Of a stretch of DNA of 32,534 nt, positions 7,962 to 17,560 are shown piece after piece (positions within the stretch are counted from its first letter, which is position 1; the number at the start of each line of letters is the position of its first letter). The notes under the pieces are model-generated. The model saw nothing but the letters and a program-made list of their open reading frames with translations, ran no database searches and was not told the DNA's origin. Where the stretch lies: contig JBIOZG010000006.1 in the NCBI GenBank assembly GCA_044870765.1, positions 1 to 32,534 of the forward strand, read 5' to 3'. The stretch is from Nitrososphaeraceae archaeon. GTDB lineage: Archaea > Thermoproteota > Nitrososphaeria > Nitrososphaerales > Nitrososphaeraceae. The translations under genes and the position numbers were made by a program.

Positions 7962-8741
7962 ATGCGGCAGGAAGTAGTTCTGATAAAACTCGGAGGCTCT
8001 GTAATTACACACAAGGAAAAACCGATGAGTGTCAATAACATTGCAATAGATAGAATCCTGAAAGCACTAGCATCGGTAAAAGTGCCCATCATTTTAATAC
8101 ACGGTGGTGGATCTTTTGGTCATTACTGGTCCACAAAATATAATATGCATTCCAAACCAGAGAAATACTCTTCCGAAGGCATAGCGATTGTTCATGAATC
8201 AATGATTTCATTAAATCATATTATAGTCAAATCAATGTTGAAATTAAAAATGAAACCGTATGCTGTTCCACCATTCTCAATTATTTTAGACAAAAAACCA
8301 CTCGGAAAGAAGATTTTTGAGTTGACCTCCATGACCAGAGACAAGATAACGCCCGTAACATACGGAGACATTGTATATAGAACACCTCACAAATACTCAA
8401 TACTGTCTGGTGACGAATTGATGAGCATAATTTCCTCAGTCATAAAGCCCACCAAAGTAATCTTTGCTGTAAATGTGAATGGAATCTACAAAGATCCTTA
8501 TGGTGATGAGGTTATTACATTAATCGAGGAAAAATCATCGGTCAATTTTTCAGATGTTAAATTTGATGTTACAGGAGGCATGAAAAGAAAGTTTCGCGAG
8601 GCATTAAAGATTTCACTGACAGGAATTGATGTACATTTTGTCAACGGCTTGAAACCAGAGAGAATCTTGAAAGCATTAGGAAATAAGAAAACAGAAGGTA
8701 CAGTAATAAAGGGAAAAAGGTCCAGTACCCGAAATGCCTGA
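7962..8741 (+). CDS. ipk: Isopentenyl phosphate kinase
   Basis: Amino-acid-kinase fold: IKLGGSVIT.K, IHGGGSFGH (IPK signature His), SGD and DVTGGM; located between mvk and fni. Confidence 0.92.
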   Translation: MRQEVVLIKLGGSVITHKEKPMSVNNIAIDRILKALASVKVPIILIHGGGSFGHYWSTKYNMHSKPEKYSSEGIAIVHESMISLNHIIVKSMLKLKMKPYAVPPFSIILDKKPLGKKIFELTSMTRDKITPVTYGDIVYRTPHKYSILSGDELMSIISSVIKPTKVIFAVNVNGIYKDPYGDEVITLIEEKSSVNFSDVKFDVTGGMKRKFREALKISLTGIDVHFVNGLKPERILKALGNKKTEGTVIKGKRSSTRNA

Positions 8742-9828
8742 TGAATCTGACTCTCCTTCGAATATTGAAGTAATAAAACAACGAAAAAAGGAAGGAATAG
8801 TTATTCCTTTAACGAGGAACGTTCAAGCAAAAGAATCGTCAACATATTTAGAATTTATCAAATTAATTCATAATGCTCTGCCAGAAATCGATTACGATGG
8901 CGTTGAGACAAATCAAAAATTTCTAAAACATAATTTTGATGCTCCTATTATCATTGATTCAATGACCGGAGGAACTCCAGAAGCAACTAAAATAAATTCA
9001 AGACTCTCACTTGTCGCAGAAAAATTTGGACTTGGTATGGGACTGGGAAGTCAGAGAGCAGGGCTATTGAGCAGTGAACTTTCTGAAACTTATTCAATAG
9101 CAAGATCAAATGCACCGAATGCATTTCTTGTTGCCAATATTGGTGGTGCACAACTTTCAAAAGGACTGAAGTTACGGGATATTAAGAACATGATTGACAT
9201 GATTGAAGCAAATGCGCTTGTGGTCCACTTGAATCCTCTACAAGAGCTTATCCAGCCGGAAGGAGAACCAAAATACAAAGGAGTCTTATCAAAGATAAAA
9301 GAGATTTGTGAAAATTATGATATTCCAATAATTGTAAAAGAAGTCGGAGCTGGTATTTCAATGGAAGTTGCTAGGAGACTAGAATCCTCTGGGGTTTCTG
9401 CTATCAATATTGCCGGTTCTGGAGGAACCAGCTGGGCAGGTGTAGAAAAATTAAGAGCGGAAACAGCCCATGACTCTAACAAAATAAATTTGGGAGAATT
9501 ATTCTGGGATTGGGGTATCCCAACAGCACTAAGTTTGATGGAAGTGAGAAAATCGGTAAAACTACCTGTTATTGCATCAGGAGGTATTCGTAACGGCCTA
9601 GAAATAGCAAAGTGTACTGCCTTAGGAGCAAATATGTGTGGAATGGCCTATCCATTTCTTAGACATGCTTCAAAGTCTTTTGAGAGTTTATGCGAATTTA
9701 CTAACAAGACTTTGATAGAGCTGAAAAGCACAATGTTTCTCGTTGGTTCCAAAAATATTTCGGAGTTAGGAAAAACAAGATTCATAGTTACTGGCGAATT
9801 AGCGAAGGTGAAAAAATGGATAATCTAA
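8734..9828 (+). CDS. fni: Type 2 isopentenyl-diphosphate delta-isomerase
   Basis: HNALPE, SMTGG, GSQRA, HLNPLQE..QPEGE, KEVGAG, GGTSW and ASGGIR motifs. Confidence 0.97.
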   Translation: MPDESDSPSNIEVIKQRKKEGIVIPLTRNVQAKESSTYLEFIKLIHNALPEIDYDGVETNQKFLKHNFDAPIIIDSMTGGTPEATKINSRLSLVAEKFGLGMGLGSQRAGLLSSELSETYSIARSNAPNAFLVANIGGAQLSKGLKLRDIKNMIDMIEANALVVHLNPLQELIQPEGEPKYKGVLSKIKEICENYDIPIIVKEVGAGISMEVARRLESSGVSAINIAGSGGTSWAGVEKLRAETAHDSNKINLGELFWDWGIPTALSLMEVRKSVKLPVIASGGIRNGLEIAKCTALGANMCGMAYPFLRHASKSFESLCEFTNKTLIELKSTMFLVGSKNISELGKTRFIVTGELAKVKKWII

Positions 9829-10817
9829 AAGACGATCTTAATGAACTGGTATCACGAGTAAGAAATTTTACTCTATCCATACTGGATGGTGAACCCGCCA
9901 AGTTGTATGATGCTGCAGGTACTTATTTGGCCAGTGGAGGAAAGAAGCTTAGACCCTACATGGTAATAAAAAGTTGTGAAATGTTTGGTGGCAACGATGA
10001 AAAAGCGTTACCGGCCGCTGCGTCAGTTGAGCTAATCCACAATTTTTCATTGATTCATGATGATATTATGGATAATGATGATATTCGTCACGGGGTCTCT
10101 ACGGTCCACAAGAAATATGGTCTACCAATAGCTCTTATAGCAGGTGATATTTTATTTTCCAAAGCATTCCAAGTGCTCTCTTTGCATGGAAAAAAGACCG
10201 GTCATAAGGACAACATCATAGCTGAAATGGATCGGATTTTATCTACCGCCTGCGTTCATGTATGCGAAGGTCAGGGCCTCGACATACAAATGGCGACCAA
10301 TAAAAAAATCCCTACCATAAATGAATATTTGGAAATGATACGAAAAAAGACTGCTTCCTTGTTTGAAGTTTCGTGTGCATTAGGTGTTCTGTCTTCTCCG
10401 GACCCATCGGATAGTAACGTAGAAAACCTATCTAAATTTGGCCGATTTACTGGGATTGCTTTTCAATTAATAGATGATCTAATAGGCGTTACCGGTAATC
10501 CCGAACTTACGGGAAAAGCCGTCGGAAATGATATTAGAGAGGGCAAAAAAACCTTCCCCATATTATTGGCGCTAGAGCATGCAGATACAAATAAGAGAGA
10601 AAAAATCTTGAAGGTTTTTGGATTTAAAGGGGCTAATCGTGATCATGTTGAAGATGCAGTTTATGCGATATCTTCTCTGAACATAGAAGAAGAGGTAAGG
10701 AAGACGGCTCATGAAAATATGGTTAAAGCCTTTGAAGCCATCGACGGTTATAACGAAACAAGTGCTAAAAATGCACTCGTATCTTCTGCGAAGTTTATAG
10801 TTGAAAGGAGTTTGTAG
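9816..10817 (+). CDS. idsA: Geranylgeranyl diphosphate synthase (polyprenyl synthetase)
   Basis: GGKKLRP, first Asp-rich motif LIHDDIMD..R, GQ..D, KTA, second motif FQLIDD, and GNDIREGKKT. Confidence 0.93.
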   Translation: MDNLKDDLNELVSRVRNFTLSILDGEPAKLYDAAGTYLASGGKKLRPYMVIKSCEMFGGNDEKALPAAASVELIHNFSLIHDDIMDNDDIRHGVSTVHKKYGLPIALIAGDILFSKAFQVLSLHGKKTGHKDNIIAEMDRILSTACVHVCEGQGLDIQMATNKKIPTINEYLEMIRKKTASLFEVSCALGVLSSPDPSDSNVENLSKFGRFTGIAFQLIDDLIGVTGNPELTGKAVGNDIREGKKTFPILLALEHADTNKREKILKVFGFKGANRDHVEDAVYAISSLNIEEEVRKTAHENMVKAFEAIDGYNETSAKNALVSSAKFIVERSL

Positions 10818-10821
10818 TCTG

Positions 10822-12567
10822 TTGAGCAGTAACGAAGAAATTCACAGACTAGTTAATGCTATCGCGCTGAAGAATGCATCCGAACACTCAGGAAGTACTA
10901 ATGTAAATACCGTTCTTTCTAGGATACTGAGTCTGAAACCTGAATTAAAAAAAGAAATAAAAACCTTAATGGAAGAAATCAAAGTCGTAGTTGACTCTGT
11001 AAATAAACTGGATTTAGAACAACAAATAAAATATCTAGACAGCACTTATTCTAAAGATAACCTTCTCGATCCCAAGTCTAGACACGAACATGTTGACTCA
11101 CATCCACTTCCTGAACTCGAGGAGTCAGAATCTGGGGTGGTTACTAGATTTCCGCCAGAACCTAATGGTTATCCTCATATAGGTCATGCAAAGGCAGTGA
11201 TAATAGATGAGGAATATGCCAGGATGTATAATGGTAAATTAATTCTACGTTTTGATGATACTAATCCGATGAACGAAAAATTAGAATATTACGACGCAAT
11301 AAGAAATGACCTAGAATGGTTAGGAGTTAAACCTGATATTATAAAGAATACATCTGATGATATAAAAATACTACACGAACTTGGAAAAAAAATTACAACG
11401 AACGGATATGCGTATGTTTGCACCTGTGAAATTAACAATATTCACATGATGAGAATGCAACAAGTTGAATGTCCATGCAGGAGTAATATTGATAATTCAG
11501 AGTACAATCAGGAAAGGTTAGACAAGCTATTTGACGGAACCTATCATCAAAATGAAGCAATAATTAGATTTCGTGGGAACATGCAAGATAAAAATACGGT
11601 TATGAGAGATCCGACACTCTTTAGAATCATAGAAGCGCCACATCCGCTCTTGGGTCAAAAGGTGACCGTGTGGCCAACTTACGATTTTGCAGCACCTGTA
11701 GAAGATAGCCTTGACGGGGTTACTCATGCATTAAGAACCAAAGAGTATGAATTGCGAAATCCATTATACCAAGATATTTTGGATAAATTGGAATTGAGAA
11801 AGCCCAAAGTTGTAGAATTTTCGAGATTAGAATTTGAAAACATGCCTGTTTCCAAGAGAAAAATTAAGAAATTGATAGAAGATGGTATGATAGAAGGCTG
11901 GGACGACCCGCGTCTTCTTACCCTGTCAGCACTACGCAGAAGGGGATTTGATCCACAAGCAATTAGGAGCTTTGTACTGAGTCTAGGCTTGACCTTGGCA
12001 GAGACTAAACCTCCGTTTAAGACACTGGAATCTATCAACAGGAAAATAATTGATCCCATAACTATTCGATTATTTTTTGTGAAAGATCCAATCATGTTAC
12101 TTGTTCAAGACGGTATAGACACCAAGGTAAAATTGAACAATCATCCTAGTAGTAGTCTTGGCAAGAGAGAAGTTGAAGTTTCCAATGTAATTTATATTTC
12201 ACGTGATGATGCCGTTGCGCTTAGCAAAAATGAACAGGTAAGACTCATGGAATTGTATAATGTAAAAATAAATGAGATAGATTTAGAAAAGAAAAAGATG
12301 ATCACTGCTTCCTATTTGAATAATGAAATAGTTAAAGATATGAAGAAAATTCAGTGGGTCTCAGAGAAGAATATGACAAAATACAAAATCATGGTTCCAA
12401 AAGAGATATATCAAAATGACAAATTCAATCCAGAAAGTTTAGAAAAGATAGAAGGATATGCTGAATCTTCAATTTTACAATTAAAAACCCGTACTCCAGT
12501 ACAATTTATTAGATTTGGTTTTTGTATCACTGAAGAGAAACTTACTGCAATTTTTATACATAGGTAG
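10822..12567 (+). CDS. gltX: Glutamate--tRNA ligase (archaeal type)
   Basis: TRFPPEPNGYPHIGH, RFDDTNP, VSKR (KMSKS equivalent) and GWDDPRL. The start was moved to in-frame TTG 10822, just after the idsA stop, instead of the overlapping TTG 10801. Confidence 0.96.
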   Translation: MSSNEEIHRLVNAIALKNASEHSGSTNVNTVLSRILSLKPELKKEIKTLMEEIKVVVDSVNKLDLEQQIKYLDSTYSKDNLLDPKSRHEHVDSHPLPELEESESGVVTRFPPEPNGYPHIGHAKAVIIDEEYARMYNGKLILRFDDTNPMNEKLEYYDAIRNDLEWLGVKPDIIKNTSDDIKILHELGKKITTNGYAYVCTCEINNIHMMRMQQVECPCRSNIDNSEYNQERLDKLFDGTYHQNEAIIRFRGNMQDKNTVMRDPTLFRIIEAPHPLLGQKVTVWPTYDFAAPVEDSLDGVTHALRTKEYELRNPLYQDILDKLELRKPKVVEFSRLEFENMPVSKRKIKKLIEDGMIEGWDDPRLLTLSALRRRGFDPQAIRSFVLSLGLTLAETKPPFKTLESINRKIIDPITIRLFFVKDPIMLLVQDGIDTKVKLNNHPSSSLGKREVEVSNVIYISRDDAVALSKNEQVRLMELYNVKINEIDLEKKKMITASYLNNEIVKDMKKIQWVSEKNMTKYKIMVPKEIYQNDKFNPESLEKIEGYAESSILQLKTRTPVQFIRFGFCITEEKLTAIFIHR

Positions 12568-12572
12568 ACAAA

Positions 12573-13442
12573 ATGAAAATAGGAAGAATCAAGATAGAAG
12601 AAATTGGAGAAACATACGGAATAATATCTGCTGATGGAAAGAAAATAATAACAAAACAAGATTTTCAGGAACAGACTGGCGTTCCAATCCCTCAAACAGT
12701 AAAGGAATTCATTGTCAGGGGATGGTTTAGGGAAGTGGAAAAATATCTTACCACAATAGAATTTAGTAACAATATTAAAGAAGCCGACCTATTAGCGCCG
12801 ATTTCAGATCCTGCAAAAATAATTTGCTTGGCATTTAATTATTATGACCATGCCCGCGATGCCGGACTCACACCTTCAGATGAGCCTGTTATTTTTATTA
12901 AACCAAGGACAACGCTAAACCATCCATTTAAAGATGTTGTATGTCCGAAGTTTGTACAGCGCCTAGACTATGAAGCAGAATTAGCGATTATTATAGGAAA
13001 GAATACAAAAAATATTGAACCTGAAATAGCCTACGAATCTATATTTGGATATATGATACTCCATGATGTTTCAGCTAGGGATATACAATTCAAAGATAAA
13101 CAATTCACGAGAGGAAAGAGCATAGACACGTTTGCACCATGCGGACCTTGGATAACAACCAAAGACGAAATCATTAATGCTCAAAATCTACAGATCATTA
13201 CAAAGGTGAATGACGAAATTAGACAAAATTCTTCTAGTAGCAAAATGGTAATATCAATTGAAAAGATAATTTCGAGTCTAAGTAGAGTAATGACACTAGA
13301 GGCTGGCGACATTATTTCTACCGGAACACCGGCAGGTGTTGCTATGTCTATGAAGGAACCAAAGTACCTAAAGGACGGCGATATCGTTGAAATTACGATA
13401 GAGAATCTAGGTACTATTAGAAACCGAATTACTTTTTCATAG
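12573..13442 (+). CDS. Fumarylacetoacetate hydrolase-family protein
   Basis: KIICLAFNYYDH, LDYEAEL, DVSARD.Q, GKSIDTFAPCGP and GDIISTGTPAGV motifs. Confidence 0.94.
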   Translation: MKIGRIKIEEIGETYGIISADGKKIITKQDFQEQTGVPIPQTVKEFIVRGWFREVEKYLTTIEFSNNIKEADLLAPISDPAKIICLAFNYYDHARDAGLTPSDEPVIFIKPRTTLNHPFKDVVCPKFVQRLDYEAELAIIIGKNTKNIEPEIAYESIFGYMILHDVSARDIQFKDKQFTRGKSIDTFAPCGPWITTKDEIINAQNLQIITKVNDEIRQNSSSSKMVISIEKIISSLSRVMTLEAGDIISTGTPAGVAMSMKEPKYLKDGDIVEITIENLGTIRNRITFS

Positions 13443-13740
13443 AGTCTGTTTCATGAGTATTGTCCTGGCATATCTTTCTTAGACGGCTAACTTCATTTTC
13501 CAGAATACGTGAATAAGACTTGTACAATTCCATTAAGGTAGATCTTATGCTGGCTAACTGAATCGAAATATTCAGTGACTGGAGACAAGTGTCCATTGAT
13601 CGTTCTGTTGCAAATAGATTCATGGATTCTTTGAATGATTCGAGCAGTAATTGATGCTCAGAGCTATTTTCATTAATTAGTTTCTCGATATCTTCTACGC
13701 TCTTAGAATCATTTTGATCAGAATTATTTGATTTGAACAT
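13429..13740 (-). CDS. Hypothetical helical/coiled-coil protein
   Basis: 103-aa ATG ORF with heptad-like pattern, divergent from FNR; 14-bp convergent overlap with FAH. Confidence 0.7.
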   Translation of the reverse strand: MFKSNNSDQNDSKSVEDIEKLINENSSEHQLLLESFKESMNLFATERSMDTCLQSLNISIQLASIRSTLMELYKSYSRILENEVSRLRKICQDNTHETDSMKK

Positions 13741-13874
13741 TTACTTCATATTGTCCCGGGGAAATATATTAAGTTCATCAGATTTGGATCGAATTATATG
13801 ATTTTTCTATTTTGTGCATTGTACAAACTTTAAATTAATAATGTATTTATTTGCCGGCTAGATTTGACAGTTGT

Positions 13875-14717
13875 ATGGTGGTAGACAATAAGGGCATAAT
13901 CTCGTATTTACGGGTATTAAAGGAAGACTTGATTATATTCAGAATAAAACCATCGGAAGGTAGCGTACCAGATTTCAAAGCAGGACAATTCGTAACAATA
14001 GGACTGCATGTGCCATCTGAGGGAAAAATAGTAAGAAGAGCCTATTCCATAGCGTCCCCGCCGGAGCAAAAAAACGTCTTTGAATTACTTGTAAGATGGG
14101 TAAAAAAACCAGTACCAGGTCGTTTAACTACTGAACTATTTAATAGAAGAGAACAAGATGAAATCCTTTGGGTAAAACCCACAGGGGCCTTTACAATAGA
14201 TGATAAGAAACACGACGGTACCCCAGATAATAGAAGAATGGTTCTTATTGGTGGAGGGACCGGACTAGCACCGTTTATTTCCTATGCGCTTCACCTAAAA
14301 TCCATTGGCAGTTCCCGAGAGATAGTAATATTACATGGTGCAAGTTATGTTGACGAACTTAGCTATAGAGAACTTTTAGTAGAACTTGAAAATGAAAGTC
14401 TGGATAGTGGAAAAGGCAAATGGAACTTTAGGTATCGTGCCAGTATAAGTAGGCCTCAAGAATGGTTTAACAGAAGTTGGAATGGTCAAAAGGGCAGAGT
14501 TGAATCGTTTTTGCGACCAAAATTGGGAACTGACAAGTCCCCTCTAGAAGAATTGGTTGGAGAATCAATTACCCCTGAAAATACCATTTTCTATGTGTGT
14601 GGATGGCAAGGAACAGTTGATGGTGCACTTGATTACTTGATTCCCAAGGGCTTTGTGACGGAGAGAAATAAGAGAAAAGATGGAAGCTATGATGTCAAGT
14701 TTGAATCATATGGATAA
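13875..14717 (+). CDS. fpr: Ferredoxin--NADP(+) reductase (bacterial-type Fpr fold)
   Basis: FKAGQF, RAYSIAS (RxYS), GGGTGLAPF, YVCG and C-terminal ESYG. ATG 13875 (MVVDNK) is preferred over TTG 13851. Confidence 0.92.
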   Translation: MVVDNKGIISYLRVLKEDLIIFRIKPSEGSVPDFKAGQFVTIGLHVPSEGKIVRRAYSIASPPEQKNVFELLVRWVKKPVPGRLTTELFNRREQDEILWVKPTGAFTIDDKKHDGTPDNRRMVLIGGGTGLAPFISYALHLKSIGSSREIVILHGASYVDELSYRELLVELENESLDSGKGKWNFRYRASISRPQEWFNRSWNGQKGRVESFLRPKLGTDKSPLEELVGESITPENTIFYVCGWQGTVDGALDYLIPKGFVTERNKRKDGSYDVKFESYG

Positions 14718-14793
14718 ATTTGCAAGTGAGCTGTCTTGTATAGCTCTATAATCCTTAACCTTATATCAAGGATAAAAGTGAGCAATAATAGAT

Positions 14794-15135
14794 ATGAAAT
14801 TTGAATATGAAGAGTTTTCCACTATTGAAGAGTTTTTTTTATACCTAGTATCTGTCGCACCATACATGAAACAAGTTCTACCGGCCAGTTCCTACAAGGG
14901 ATACGTCTTCTCTATTTTGCCTCTAACCCCGGTATCTGGCGACATACTAATGATGATATATGCGAAAGGAAGTATGGAACCTGGTCTAATAGAATTTGAT
15001 ATTTCAACCAGGAAATACAAGACTGTAAGTGCGGTAGAAAGAGCTGACAAGAATTATTTCATAATACTAAAGCCAAAGATTGCTACTATAGCAGATAGTG
15101 CTATTAAAGAAATTGAGAATCTAAATAAGAGTTAA
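14794..15135 (+). CDS. Conserved hypothetical protein
   Basis: 113-aa ATG ORF with a TATA-like CTTATAT about 30 nt upstream; alpha/beta pattern; no motif recognised. Confidence 0.72.
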   Translation: MKFEYEEFSTIEEFFLYLVSVAPYMKQVLPASSYKGYVFSILPLTPVSGDILMMIYAKGSMEPGLIEFDISTRKYKTVSAVERADKNYFIILKPKIATIADSAIKEIENLNKS

Positions 15136-15155
15136 AAAAAAGACGATCTAGAGTC
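15134..15155 (-). terminator. Putative oligo-T terminator of the radical SAM gene
   Basis: Minus strand directly after the stop reads GACTCTAGATCGTC followed by T8, in the gap between convergent genes. Confidence 0.4.
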
Positions 15156-16730
15156 CTACAGTTTTGGAGACAAGGATTCGGTAACAGATCTACTCCTAGA
15201 ATATCTTTCGACGATATCTTCCGGTACTTGGCCATTGAACAATTGTTTTGACAAGCCCTTCAAATACCTCATAATTGCCCAAGTCCCAGCCTTTATCAAT
15301 ACTGCCATAAAGACCTTCATTGCAGGACCATAAGTCTTGTTGCGAATAATTATTGGAATAATATCATTTATGACCCTAAGGTTATACTGCCAGCATTTCC
15401 AAAATAATGTAAACTGAGATTCGTTTAGATTCCCAAAGTGCATTGAATTTCTTTCAGAAAAGTCTTGATACAAAAGAGGGGCAACAAGACCTCTCATTTT
15501 CATGCGCTTAAAGTCATCAATCAACTCTATTGTATATTGAGTTTCGTCTGGTGTTTCATCAGGCCAACCTATAATTAGTGTCAACGCAGGGAACCAATGA
15601 TTTTCGTTCAAAATTCTGCAACCTTCTCGTACAACTGCTCCCCATTCATCTGGTTGATAGGGCTTTGTCTTTACTCCGAGATGCTTTTTAACCATTCTCG
15701 GTGCAACTGTTTCTACGCCAAGATTGGTAGCCAACCATCTACCACTGGAATCCATGTCATTGATTTTAGATAAATCCTTTATTAGATTTGGTGAAGAGGC
15801 CACTGCAGATAATGTCATATGGGTTGTGCCTATGAAATTTGCACCTGTTGACTTTAAGCCCTTCCAAATATCAGTAATAGCATCTGCGTTTGGTATGAAA
15901 TCCTTATTATCACAACCATATAGCAACATTTCATCGGATTGAAGCCAAATAGAATCAAATCCATACTTCAAATTTATGTTGGCCTCAGCTTGGAGTCTTT
16001 CCAACGGAATATCTTTTTTCGATCGTTTATTTACGTCACAAAAATCGCAACCTCTACCACAGCCTCTCATTGCCTCTACTAATGAGTTAACAGTAGGACC
16101 TTGGATCGGAGGTATGTTTTCAATATTTCTCACAAATGTATGAAGCAGTTCCGGGGCATCGCCAGATTCTAGATCATGAAATAGGTCTAACGCCAACTCG
16201 TCAGCTTCCCCGATAACGACCGTATCAATGCCATGTATTTTCATTCTATCAGGTTTGGCAAGCTCCCAAGAACCATTTCCACCAACTACAACCTTAAAGC
16301 CATATTTCTTTTTCAGCTGAATTACGGAAGCGCACATTTTCTTGAATTTCATGGCAACATATGATAATTTCTCAGGCGACATGGTAGTAGTTACTGGTGC
16401 CATACCCAGCGGATCCATAACATTTATTCCTACTACAGTGGTGTTAGGACCAATACACTTTTCCAGCATTTCTGGATGAGCAATTACAACATCATCTCTT
16501 TGGTATTCCTTCAGCAAAGCACTTTCAATTCGCCTAAGCCCGCATTGGGCAACCTTGACTTCACCCGTGTTTTTATCAGTTTCAACGCTTGGACAAAATA
16601 ACTTGTCAAATACAAATTCTGGTACAAGTTCATACGGACCACATGCAATAAAACCATAAAGAAAATTACCTCTATAATTTGTCATAAGACTGCGGTCTGC
16701 TGTTAACACTACGCGTTTACCTGCCGACAT
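15156..16730 (-). CDS. B12-binding-type radical SAM protein, GDGT ring synthase (GrsA/GrsB)-like
   Basis: VEAMRGCGRGCDFC (CxxxCxxC), N-terminal LTADRSLMTNY...GF...P...GLRRIE, VVVGG, GEAD, LGVET and TLIIGWPDET. The motif order matches my recollection of Sulfolobus Grs proteins. Radical SAM class is certain; the Grs assignment is less so. Confidence 0.8.
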   Translation of the reverse strand: MSAGKRVVLTADRSLMTNYRGNFLYGFIACGPYELVPEFVFDKLFCPSVETDKNTGEVKVAQCGLRRIESALLKEYQRDDVVIAHPEMLEKCIGPNTTVVGINVMDPLGMAPVTTTMSPEKLSYVAMKFKKMCASVIQLKKKYGFKVVVGGNGSWELAKPDRMKIHGIDTVVIGEADELALDLFHDLESGDAPELLHTFVRNIENIPPIQGPTVNSLVEAMRGCGRGCDFCDVNKRSKKDIPLERLQAEANINLKYGFDSIWLQSDEMLLYGCDNKDFIPNADAITDIWKGLKSTGANFIGTTHMTLSAVASSPNLIKDLSKINDMDSSGRWLATNLGVETVAPRMVKKHLGVKTKPYQPDEWGAVVREGCRILNENHWFPALTLIIGWPDETPDETQYTIELIDDFKRMKMRGLVAPLLYQDFSERNSMHFGNLNESQFTLFWKCWQYNLRVINDIIPIIIRNKTYGPAMKVFMAVLIKAGTWAIMRYLKGLSKQLFNGQVPEDIVERYSRSRSVTESLSPKL

Positions 16731-16803
16731 TTTCTCTATTCCTCAAGTTCGAGTACGTATTTGGGTATAAATCTATTACTATACTGTTACCAATATTGAT
16801 CAT

Positions 16804-17220
16804 TTAATACAATCCAGTGCGATGACCTTTTATCAAAATTGATTTTAACTGTCTATGTGCCAAGAAATTAAGTGCATTAAGAAACGAAACCCACTTGTAA
16901 GAGGCATGTTCATATGAGATCACTATATCTCTAGTAGGAGTGGTAGCAAAATAGAACTTGACTTCCTTGTGCGATCTTATCCCATTTAACTTCATATATG
17001 AATATCTTATCGTTCCGATAAATGACATTACATCGAGAAATCTTATGCCAGTTTCTTCTCTTACTTCTCTTGCCAACGTTTCAAGTTCTGATTCTCCAAG
17101 TTCTTTGTGACCTTGTGGAAACCCCCACGACCCTCTTCTATTCTTCAAAATTAGAAATTCAGGTTCTTTAACAGAAGTTGGTGGGTTGTATCTAATTACA
17201 GCACCAATTGAGGTCTCCAG
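16804..17220 (-). CDS. Nudix hydrolase, Ap4A hydrolase-like; probable CTG start
   Basis: WGFPQG plus Nudix box GHKELGESELETLAREVREETG, and SYEH..YKW. The frame stays open upstream of TTG 17148 to CTG 17220, adding ETSIGAVI...FLIL, the usual first beta strands. Confidence 0.88.
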   Translation of the reverse strand: METSIGAVIRYNPPTSVKEPEFLILKNRRGSWGFPQGHKELGESELETLAREVREETGIRFLDVMSFIGTIRYSYMKLNGIRSHKEVKFYFATTPTRDIVISYEHASYKWVSFLNALNFLAHRQLKSILIKGHRTGLY

Positions 17221-17393
17221 GAATTATCCACCTCTTTAATTTAATATCAAAGGTAATTATAATTTTTATCGAATCTTTATCTTAGATTCTAACATAAATA
17301 GATTCTAATTCTGAACCTTATAGTTTCTTAATTCCGACCCTAAAAACATAATTAGGCATAAGATATTAATGTGTAGGTCAGAGTCGAAATCAT

Positions 17394-17470
17394 GGGCCGA
17401 TCGTCTAGTCCGGTAGGATACGGCATTGGCATTGCTGAGGTCGTGGGTTCGAATCCCACTCGGTCCACCA
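17394..17470 (+). tRNA. tRNA-Ala (anticodon GGC), CCA encoded
   Basis: GGGCCGA/TCGGTCC acceptor stem with the G3:U70 Ala identity pair, anticodon arm CGGCA-TTGGCAT-TGCTG, T arm GTGGG-TTCGAAT-CCCAC, ending ACCA. Confidence 0.97.
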
Positions 17471-17560
17471 TTTACTAGTATTTTGATTTGATGAAATAAA
17501 ATACTTACAGTAAAAGCGGCCAATAATGTATTTATTCATTAAAATGTTAATTGTAAAATA

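Noticed and set aside
15156-16730. Radical SAM gene as the third member of the AmmeMemoRadiSam system
   Set aside because: That component is a shorter PFL-activase-like enzyme; this one has a long B12-binding-type N-terminal domain and Grs-like motifs.
17305-17523. 72-aa minus-strand ORF
   Set aside because: Antisense to tRNA-Ala; GPSGIRTHDL is the typical translation of a tRNA reverse complement.
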